Part shown: piece by piece, positions 8,705-15,641 of the stretch
Numbering within the stretch: position 1 is the stretch's first letter
Layout of the letters: each line of letters opens with the position of its first letter
Source: Pseudomonadota bacterium
Lineage (GTDB): Bacteria; Pseudomonadota; Alphaproteobacteria; Caulobacterales; Caulobacteraceae
NCBI GenBank assembly: GCA_041182245.1
Contig: JBEGNZ010000010.1
Location: 3,252 to 67,251 of the forward strand
Reading direction: 5' to 3'
Length of the DNA: 64,000 bases
The notes under the pieces: model-generated
Told to the model about the DNA's origin: nothing
Seen by the model: the letters and a program-made list of their open reading frames with translations, nothing else
The model's database searches: none
Program-made: the position numbers and the translations under genes

Positions 8705-9681
8705 GGGACGCCGTTCCGTTGATCCCGCGAAGCCCCTATCTGGATGCCTATCTGGCGCCTTTTCAGCCGTGGTTGGAAAAGCAAACTGTGACGGAAATTC
8801 TCGTCAACCGTCCAGGAGAGCTCTGGATCGAGGACGCAACATGCAAGGGCATGCAGCGTATCGAGGCGCCCAAGGTCGACGATATCTTGTTACAGCGGTT
8901 GTCTGAACAGGTCGCCCGCATCAGCCATCAGGGGATCAACCGCGAAAACCCCCTCCTGTCGGCCACCCTGCCCACCGGTGAACGGATCCAGCTTTGCGGT
9001 CCGCCCGCCACCCGCAGCCATTGGGCCTTGGCCATTCGGCGCCATCGGCTCTTGGATATTTCACTGGAATCCTATGATCCAGGTCCCCTTCAGCCGGTCG
9101 TGGACCATCCGCCAATCGATCCGTCCCTTGAGCCTATTCTGTTCTTGAGAGACGCCATTCTTCGGCGGCAAACCATTTTGATCTCGGGCGGGACATCCAC
9201 CGGTAAGACGACTTTTCTCAATTCAATGTTGCGCGAAATTCCGAGTGAAGAACGCGTGGTCCTTGTCGAAGATACGGCTGAGCTAAAGTTAGCGGGAGCC
9301 AACGGCGTTGGCCTGATCGCGGTCAAGGGCGAGACGGGCGAGGCGCGGATATCCACGGACGACCTGTTGCAAGCGGCCTTGCGCCTGCGACCTGACCGGA
9401 TTGTCTTGGGTGAGTTGCGCGGTCGCGAGACGGTGAGTTTCTTGCGCGCGATCAATACGGGCCATCCGGGCTCCTTTTCGACGATCCATGCCAATTCGCC
9501 GCGCGGAGCCTTAGAGCAGATCGCGCTTATGGCCATGCAGACCGGCATCGGCCTGACCCGGCGCGAGACCATTGAATATGCCGCCTCTGTCATTGATGTG
9601 GTTGTGCAGCTTGAGCGGCGCGACGGTCGACGCCAGATCTCGGCGCTAGCCTCTGCTCGAGATCTTGTTTCGCCGTCATAG
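8701..9681 (+). CDS. virB11: VirB11 T4SS traffic ATPase
   Basis: 326 aa. Walker A GGTSTGKTT, then ...VLVEDTAEL and GHPGSFSTIHA motifs. ATGA overlap with virB10. Confidence 0.9.
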   Translation: MRDAVPLIPRSPYLDAYLAPFQPWLEKQTVTEILVNRPGELWIEDATCKGMQRIEAPKVDDILLQRLSEQVARISHQGINRENPLLSATLPTGERIQLCGPPATRSHWALAIRRHRLLDISLESYDPGPLQPVVDHPPIDPSLEPILFLRDAILRRQTILISGGTSTGKTTFLNSMLREIPSEERVVLVEDTAELKLAGANGVGLIAVKGETGEARISTDDLLQAALRLRPDRIVLGELRGRETVSFLRAINTGHPGSFSTIHANSPRGALEQIALMAMQTGIGLTRRETIEYAASVIDVVVQLERRDGRRQISALASARDLVSPS

Positions 9682-9764
9682 CGACCACCGCGACTGCCCC
9701 TGCCTCATGGGGGCCGAACTTGAACTGTCTATCGGTTATTTCACGCCTCAAGAGGGAAGACTAA

Positions 9765-10808
9765 GTGATGAAAAACTATCTTGCCATGGCCGCGGCCGTC
9801 GCCCTGTTGCCCTCTGCCAGCAGTGCCCAGGCTGCACGGGATTATGTGTGGGCCGCGGGTTCCTCAACCCTTTTCCCCTTCTCCACGCGGGTTGCGGAAA
9901 ACTTTGCCAAAAAGACGGGCCGCAAGGCGCCGAAGGTCGAATCGCTGGGCACTGGCGGCGGCATCAAGCTGTTTTGCTCGGGTTCGGGTGAAGGCTTCCC
10001 AGACATTGCCAATGCCTCACGTCCGATGAAGCGCTCGGAATTTGACCAGTGCCAGAAGAAGGGCGTGAAGGATATCATCCAGCTTAAGATCGGCTTTGAC
10101 GGCATTGCTGTCGCCGTCGACAAGGATGGCAGCAACTATAATCTGACGACCCAAAATCTTTATCAGGGCCTTGCTGCCAATGTTGTGCGCAATGGCCAGT
10201 TCGTTAAAAACCCCCACAAAAAGTGGAGCGATGTTGCTGCTGGGCTGCCGACCAATCGTATCTTGGTCTATGGGCCGCCGCCCACCTCTGGCACCCGCGA
10301 TGCCTTTATCGAGCTAGGGATCGAAGCCGGAGCGCTGAAGTTCCCCGTTGCTGCGGCGCTGAAGGCTTCGAGCGAGCCTCAGTTTAAGGCCAAGGTTGAT
10401 CCCTTGCGTGAAGATGGTGGCTGGATCGATTCTGGCGAGAACGACAATGCCATCATCGGGACCCTGACCAAGACACCGGGGGCTATGGGCGTGTTCGGCT
10501 ATTCGTTCCTCGAAGAGAATGTCGACAAGGTCAAGGGTGCCTCGGTTAACGGTGTTCGTCCGACCGCCAAGAGCATCACGGATGGCACCTATCCCCTGTC
10601 TCGCTCGCTCTATATCTACGTCAAGAAGTCGATGATTGGTGTCACACCGGGCCTGAAGGAATTTGTCAGCGAATATGTGTCTGACGCAGCCACGGGTCGC
10701 GGCGGCTATCTGCAGGGTCGGGGCCTAATCATTCTGCCGCCCGCCCAGCACGAAGCCAATAAGGCCGCCGTGAAGACTCTCATGCCCATGAAGCGCCCTG
10801 CGGGCTAG
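9765..10808 (+). CDS. PstS-family periplasmic phosphate-binding protein (PBP type 2), orphan
   Basis: Sec signal peptide ending SSAQA. N-terminal motif WAAGSSTLFPFSTRVAENF, like phosphate-binding proteins. An ATG at 9768 is an alternative start. No pstCAB genes adjacent. Confidence 0.75.
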   Translation: MMKNYLAMAAAVALLPSASSAQAARDYVWAAGSSTLFPFSTRVAENFAKKTGRKAPKVESLGTGGGIKLFCSGSGEGFPDIANASRPMKRSEFDQCQKKGVKDIIQLKIGFDGIAVAVDKDGSNYNLTTQNLYQGLAANVVRNGQFVKNPHKKWSDVAAGLPTNRILVYGPPPTSGTRDAFIELGIEAGALKFPVAAALKASSEPQFKAKVDPLREDGGWIDSGENDNAIIGTLTKTPGAMGVFGYSFLEENVDKVKGASVNGVRPTAKSITDGTYPLSRSLYIYVKKSMIGVTPGLKEFVSEYVSDAATGRGGYLQGRGLIILPPAQHEANKAAVKTLMPMKRPAG

Positions 10809-10831
10809 GGTCAAGTTTGATTGAGACAAAC

Positions 10832-10863
10832 AGAAGCCCGGTTGCAAGAACAGCCGGGCTTCT
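10832..10863. terminator. Hairpin between convergent genes (possible bidirectional terminator)
   Basis: AGAAGCCCGG (10832..10841) pairs with CCGGGCTTCT (10854..10863) across a 12-nt loop. T-rich tract follows. Confidence 0.5.
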
Positions 10864-10897
10864 TGCTTCTATCGGTGGAGGGGCCGTGCGGGCTGGC

Positions 10898-12001
10898 CTA
10901 TTGCGGCGGCTGAGCCTTGCGCCTCAGGCGGGCCAGACGGCGAAGGCGGCGCCAGAAGCGGGCCTTTTCGGGCTCTGGATAGGGTTCCAGATTGCGGATG
11001 AATTCTTCGGTCGAGGCGCGCCAGCTATAGGTCAGGGCAAAGGCGCGAACATCCTTGCGGTCGAGCTTGAGGCAGTCAAGACAGGCCTGCTGCATGGCTT
11101 CAAGGCTTTCATCGGCCGCCAAGACCCCCGCGCCGGAGCCGGGAATGATGTCGATCGGACCGGGGGCTGGAAAGCCCGCGACAGGCGTTCCGCAGCCCAT
11201 GGCCTCAAGGATCACCAGGCCGAAAGTGTCGGTCAGGGACGGGAAGACAAAACAGTCTGCATCAGCAAAATGGGCGGCAAGCTCATCACCAAACTTAGCG
11301 CCGAGAAAGACTGCGCCGGGATATTTGGCCTCGAGCTCTTCGCGCTGAGGCCCGTCGCCGACAATGACCTTGGTGCCGGGAAGGTCCAGTTCCAAGAAGG
11401 TCTCGATGTTCTTTTCCACGGCAATTCGACCGACATTGAGCCAGATCGGACGGGGCAGGTCGCCATAAACCCCCTCGCGGCCATCCATGCCGATGGGACG
11501 GAAGAGGTCGGTGTCTACGCCTCGTGTCCAGGGCGAAATATTGTGAAAGCCCCGCGCCAGCAACTCGTCGCGAAAGGTCGGTGTGGCCACCATCAGGCGT
11601 CCTGACGGCTCGTGGAACCAGCGCATATAGGCATAGCCTGCGGCCAGCGGCAGGGGTACGCGGGCGGAGACATATTCAGGGAATTTCGTATGGTAGCTGG
11701 TGGTGAATGGCAGCTTCCATTCTAGGCAGATCCGACGCGCCGCCAGGCCGATCGGGCCTTCGGTGGCGATGTGGATCGCTTCGGGCTCAAAGGACTTGAA
11801 CCGGTCTTGAATGGGCTCATAGGTCCCGATGGCCAGCTTGATTTCCGGATAGGTCGGCAAGGGGAAGGTCTTGAACTGGTCCGGCGAGATCACATCGACC
11901 TGATGGCCCATGGCGCGGCACTCGGCGATGGTACGGCTGAGCGTCCGCACGACCCCATTGACCTGAGGCTCCCAAGCATCGGTGGCCAGCAAGATCCGCA
12001 T
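10898..12001 (-). CDS. Family 4 (group 1) glycosyltransferase, candidate Agt-type glycolipid synthase
   Basis: 367 aa. N-terminus MRILLATDAWEPQVNGVV and the ...FVFPSLTDTFGLVILEAMGCGTPV motif are typical of GT4. Start codon overlaps the stop of the upstream metallophosphoesterase (ATGA at 11999..12003). Confidence 0.8.
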   Translation of the reverse strand: MRILLATDAWEPQVNGVVRTLSRTIAECRAMGHQVDVISPDQFKTFPLPTYPEIKLAIGTYEPIQDRFKSFEPEAIHIATEGPIGLAARRICLEWKLPFTTSYHTKFPEYVSARVPLPLAAGYAYMRWFHEPSGRLMVATPTFRDELLARGFHNISPWTRGVDTDLFRPIGMDGREGVYGDLPRPIWLNVGRIAVEKNIETFLELDLPGTKVIVGDGPQREELEAKYPGAVFLGAKFGDELAAHFADADCFVFPSLTDTFGLVILEAMGCGTPVAGFPAPGPIDIIPGSGAGVLAADESLEAMQQACLDCLKLDRKDVRAFALTYSWRASTEEFIRNLEPYPEPEKARFWRRLRRLARLRRKAQPPQ

Positions 12002-12825
12002 CAGGCTATGGCTCGCCCGTTAAGGGCCGGACGCTCGGTTCGATCCGACCGGCGCTCTATCATCGACCACGACCGCATCTTGGCCCACTCCAACAGTTCT
12101 AGCCGTCCGTCCATATGTTCGACGAGGGCGGTACAGCTCTCCACCCAATCGCCGTCATTTATATAGGTGATGCCGTCAATATCACGCATCTCGGCCTTGT
12201 GAATATGGCCGCAGATCACCCCGTCAACACCGCGACGTCGAGCCTCATCAGCGACCGCACCTTCGAAGTTCTCGATGAATTGTAAGGCGTTCTTCACTTT
12301 GCCCTTCAGGAATGCCGACAGGCTCCAATAGCCAAAACCCATCTTTCGTCGCGCATGGTTGAACAGGGTGTTCAGCATAAGGATCGTTCTATAGGACCAA
12401 TCACCGAGGAAGGCGAGCCACTTGGCATGTTGGACGACGCCGTCGAACTCATCACCGTGGGTGACCAAGAAGGTACGCCCATCAACCGTCGTGTGGATGG
12501 CGTCGCGGGCGATCACCACCCCGCCAAAATGGACGCCGCAATAGTCTCGTGCGACCTCATCATGGTTGCCGGGCACATAGATCACCGCCGTACCCTTGCG
12601 GGCCATCCGAAGAACCTTTTGAACCACATCATTATGGGCCTGAGGCCAGTGCCAGCCGCCCTTGAGCTTCCAGCCGTCAATGATGTCGCCGATCAGATAA
12701 AGCCGTTCGCATTCCATACTGCGAATGAAGTCGAGCAGCAGTTCGGCCTGACATCCGCGCGTGCCCAAATGAACATCTGAAATGAAGACCGATTTAAAGC
12801 CAAGGATGGGGACGTCTGACGTCAT
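12001..12825 (-). CDS. LpxH/PlcP-family metallophosphoesterase (usually annotated UDP-2,3-diacylglucosamine diphosphatase; context suggests PlcP-type phospholipase C)
   Basis: Metallophosphoesterase motifs ISDVHLG, GDIIDGW, GNHDE, HGDEFD and GHIH. Translationally coupled to the GT4 gene. Confidence 0.8.
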   Translation of the reverse strand: MTSDVPILGFKSVFISDVHLGTRGCQAELLLDFIRSMECERLYLIGDIIDGWKLKGGWHWPQAHNDVVQKVLRMARKGTAVIYVPGNHDEVARDYCGVHFGGVVIARDAIHTTVDGRTFLVTHGDEFDGVVQHAKWLAFLGDWSYRTILMLNTLFNHARRKMGFGYWSLSAFLKGKVKNALQFIENFEGAVADEARRRGVDGVICGHIHKAEMRDIDGITYINDGDWVESCTALVEHMDGRLELLEWAKMRSWSMIERRSDRTERPALNGRAIA

Positions 12826-12850
12826 GAGGCGGTCCGTTGTGCAGGTCTGC

Positions 12851-12866
12851 TCAGCCCATGGGCAGA
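12851..12866. promoter_or_regulatory. Imperfect palindrome TCAGCCCATGGGCAGA (core GCCCATGGGC perfect), nested in a longer GGTCTGC...GCAGACC inverted repeat (12844..12868)
   Basis: Read directly. Lies in the divergent region between the metallophosphoesterase gene and the TetR gene. Confidence 0.4.
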
Positions 12867-13020
12867 CCCGTTCGACCTAAGCTGATTGCGTGTCTCTTTT
12901 GTGAAATTGCAGCCTTGGCCCCTTGCCGATTATGGCGGGGTTGGATCCGGCGTGTATGAACACTATCTAGCGCGGGGGCCTGCTTCGCGACGGTTGGTAG
13001 ATAGGCTATTGAAACGGCAG

Positions 13021-13662
13021 ATGAGCGACAGTGCAGAGATGAGCCGTTCAGCAAAGGACACCCCCAAGTCTGTTCGGACTCGGGTGCGCATACTCGACGC
13101 CGCCATGACCCTGTTCGCGGAAATCGGCTATCATGCCGCCAACAATGCTCGGATCGCTGAGGCGGCGGACCTGACGCGCGGGGCTATGCTCTATCATTTT
13201 GTCTCGCGCGAAGACCTGGTCGACGCCGCCATCGGTCACATCCAGACTCAGCGTAATGCCCTGTTTGAGGCAGCAGCAAAGGACATTGGTCCGGGCGAAG
13301 ATGTCAGCGAGCACGCCATCGAGTCCTACTGGCAACTGCTCCACACGGTGCCCTATATCGCCTTTGCGGAGTTGGAGGCTGTGGCCCGCACGGACGCAAC
13401 GGTTCGTGCCTGTCTGGCGACCGCGCAGGAGGCCTTTGATCGCGCGCAGATTGGCGGTCAGTCGACGGCGATGGTCAGTGCTGGAGCAGGTCCGAGGTTC
13501 CAAACAACCCGAGATTTGGCCCGTTTCATGCTGGAGGGTCTGGCACGCGGTGGCGTGACCTATGATCAGGAGGCGCGGACCGAACGGTTGCTGACCGTCA
13601 TTAAACGCGCCACCCACATGCTGAACCGTAAGGGGTCGGTGCAGGATCTTTGGCCAGACTAG
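13021..13662 (+). CDS. TetR-family transcriptional regulator
   Basis: HTH region RILDAAMTLFAEIGYHAANNARIAEAADLTRGAMLYHF. I prefer the ATG at 13021 to the track start at 12886. Confidence 0.8.
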   Translation: MSDSAEMSRSAKDTPKSVRTRVRILDAAMTLFAEIGYHAANNARIAEAADLTRGAMLYHFVSREDLVDAAIGHIQTQRNALFEAAAKDIGPGEDVSEHAIESYWQLLHTVPYIAFAELEAVARTDATVRACLATAQEAFDRAQIGGQSTAMVSAGAGPRFQTTRDLARFMLEGLARGGVTYDQEARTERLLTVIKRATHMLNRKGSVQDLWPD

Positions 13663-13740
13663 CGCTTAAGCACGAACAGGGCTCGAAAGCTGCGGCCTGA
13701 TCTCGTAACCTCTGGAAAATCATCCAAGGAGGTTCTTGCC

Positions 13741-14187
13741 ATGTCTGTTGATCCATCCGGTGCCATCGACCCGACCCGAGAGCAGTTCAACCAGTTCAAG
13801 GCCCTGCCAAGGGACCAGCCGGTTCACATGCTCAATCTGGTTCGCCTGCGTGATGTGGCCAACTATCCAGAAGGCCATCCGAGCCATGGTAAAGGCTTGT
13901 CAGGGCTCGAGGCCTACCGCGCCTATGGCCGCGAAAGTGCCGAGATCTTCAAGCGCGTGGGTGGCAAGCAGATCTGGGCCGGTAAGCCGCAGGGGGTGGT
14001 GACAGGTCCCTTGGACGAGCACTGGGACCTGGCTTTCATCGCCTACTATCCGACGGCGGGAGCCTTCCTCGAGATGGTCACCGACGCCCACTACCGCGTC
14101 GTTGTCGCCCATCGGACCGCTGGGGTGCTCGATTCGCGGCTGATCCGCATGGAGCCCCTCGAGCCGGGCGAGGGCTTCGGGGAATAG
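13741..14187 (+). CDS. DUF1330-like small protein
   Basis: 148 aa with an AAGGAGG Shine-Dalgarno upstream. Sequence resembles DUF1330 family members; family recalled by eye. Confidence 0.55.
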   Translation: MSVDPSGAIDPTREQFNQFKALPRDQPVHMLNLVRLRDVANYPEGHPSHGKGLSGLEAYRAYGRESAEIFKRVGGKQIWAGKPQGVVTGPLDEHWDLAFIAYYPTAGAFLEMVTDAHYRVVVAHRTAGVLDSRLIRMEPLEPGEGFGE

Positions 14188-14194
14188 ATAATCA

Positions 14195-14208
14195 TTACGT
14201 TTACGTAA
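14195..14208. promoter_or_regulatory. Dyad TTACGT-TT-ACGTAA, candidate MerR(LiuR-like) operator upstream of the thiolase
   Basis: Perfect 6+6 inverted repeat. Near-identical dyad at 23694..23707 in front of the MerR gene. Confidence 0.45.
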
Positions 14209-14300
14209 GCGGCATCTAGTGATCGCCAGGTCCATCCCCTAGGGTGCGCACCGCTGTCCATTCAAGCGTTTGCTCAACTTGACCTTTAAAGGAATTTCCC

Positions 14301-15488
14301 ATGGGTGATGTCGTCGTCGTTTCCTATGCTCGCACAGGCTTGGCCAAGGCCGGTCGCGGCGGGTTTAACAATACTCACGGAGCGGCGATGGCTGGTCATG
14401 TGATCCAGCATGCTGTGGCTCGGGCCAAGATTGATCCGGCTGAAGTGGAGGACGTGATCCTAGGCTGCGGCGGTCCTGAAGGCGCGACCGGCAGCAATGT
14501 GGCCCGCAACGCCGCCCTATGGGCAGGCCTGCCCGTGACCACGTCGGGCACGACCATTAACCGCTTCTGTTCGTCAGGCCTACAGGCCATCGCCTCTGCG
14601 GCTCATTATATCAAGAACGAGGGCGCGACGGTGGCCATCGGCGGCGGCGTGGAATCGATCTCGCTGGTCCAGATGAGCGGCGCGATGAACACCCATCGCT
14701 ATACTGAAGAAAAGCTGATGCAGGAACATCCTGCCCTGTGGATGGCCATGATCGACACCGCCGACATCGTGGCCAAGCGCTACAATGTCAGCAGAGACTA
14801 TCAGGACGAATATTCCTTGCGTTCGCAGCAGCGCATTGCGGCGGCTCAGGCCTCCGGTCTGTTCAAGGACGAGATCGTTCCGATGGCCACCAAGATGAAG
14901 AGCTTCAATAAGGCGACCGGAGAAGAATCCATCGTCGACTATGTCGTCGACAAGGACGAGTGTAACCGGGCCGACACGACCCTCGAGGGCCTGTCCTCCT
15001 TGAAGCCGGTCAAGGGCGAAGGCAATTTCGTCACCGCTGGTAACGCTTCGCAACTGTCCGACGGCGCTGCGGCGGTGGTGCTGATGGATGCCAAGGAAGC
15101 CGAAAAGCGCGGCCTTGAGCCCATGGGCCTTTTCCGTGGCTTTGCTGTCGCGGGCTGTGAGCCGGACGAGATGGGCATTGGTCCGGTCTTTGCCGTGCCA
15201 AAGCTGCTGTCGCGCCACGGCTTGAGCGTGCAGGACATCGACCTTTGGGAACTGAACGAAGCCTTCGCGTCGCAGTGCCTCTATAGCCGCGACAAGCTCG
15301 GCATTGATCCAGAGAAGTACAATGTCAATGGCGGCTCCATCGCCATCGGCCACCCCTTCGGTATGACCGGCACACGCTGCACCGGCCACGTGCTGATGGA
15401 AGGCAAGCGTCGCGGGGCCAAGCTGGCCGTTGTGACCATGTGCATTGGCGGCGGCATGGGCGCAGCAGGCCTGTTCGAGGTTCTGTAG
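14301..15488 (+). CDS. Acetyl-CoA C-acyltransferase (thiolase)
   Basis: Active-site Cys context [11 protein letters not shown], plus GHPFGMTG and CIGGGMG near the C-terminus. Confidence 0.9.
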   Translation: MGDVVVVSYARTGLAKAGRGGFNNTHGAAMAGHVIQHAVARAKIDPAEVEDVILGCGGPEGATGSNVARNAALWAGLPVTTSGTTINRFCSSGLQAIASAAHYIKNEGATVAIGGGVESISLVQMSGAMNTHRYTEEKLMQEHPALWMAMIDTADIVAKRYNVSRDYQDEYSLRSQQRIAAAQASGLFKDEIVPMATKMKSFNKATGEESIVDYVVDKDECNRADTTLEGLSSLKPVKGEGNFVTAGNASQLSDGAAAVVLMDAKEAEKRGLEPMGLFRGFAVAGCEPDEMGIGPVFAVPKLLSRHGLSVQDIDLWELNEAFASQCLYSRDKLGIDPEKYNVNGGSIAIGHPFGMTGTRCTGHVLMEGKRRGAKLAVVTMCIGGGMGAAGLFEVL

Positions 15489-15507
15489 TCTAGGATCGGT
15501 CTCATTA

Positions 15508-15587
15508 CCCCCTTCCCAAGCTTCGCGAGGAAGGGGGCTTCATCTGCTCTCTGTCCACCCTGTTCCCCGCCTTCGCAGGGAACAGGG
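15508..15587. repeat. Two tandem GC-rich hairpins (REP-like or terminator)
   Basis: CCCCCTTCC (15508..15516) pairs with GGAAGGGGG (15529..15537). CCCTGTTCCC (15558..15567) pairs with GGGAACAGGG (15578..15587). Both loops contain CTTCGC. Confidence 0.6.
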
Positions 15588-15641
15588 ATGTGTAGGGGCG
15601 TGCGACTTCCTCGTGCGCAGGCAAGGCCCTAGACTGGCCCC

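Noticed and set aside
1968-9681. Reading the T4SS as part of an integrative conjugative element or plasmid remnant
   Set aside because: The window shows no relaxase, coupling protein, integrase, tRNA attachment site, partition genes or flanking direct repeats. By eye, composition matches the neighbouring core genes. This cannot be excluded without the whole genome.
9700-9764. Own Pho box for the PstS-like gene (CTGTCTATCGGTTATTTC) and for the PlcP-like operon (CTGCAATTTCACAAAAGA on the minus strand, about 12885..12915)
   Set aside because: Only the first half-site of the former matches (5/7), and the second repeat is absent. The latter matches fewer than half the consensus positions. Both are too weak to call.
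12886-13020. Longer N-termini offered by the ORF track for the TetR (12886), acyl-CoA dehydrogenase (21357), HTH/S24 (23833), DEAD-box helicase (24674), ABC ATPase (27733), binding protein (29690) and sulfotransferase (56640) genes
   Set aside because: In each case an internal ATG gives a protein that begins where family homology starts. It also removes overlap with a neighbouring gene or terminator, or creates an ATGA-type coupling. The exact starts remain unverified without experimental or comparative data.
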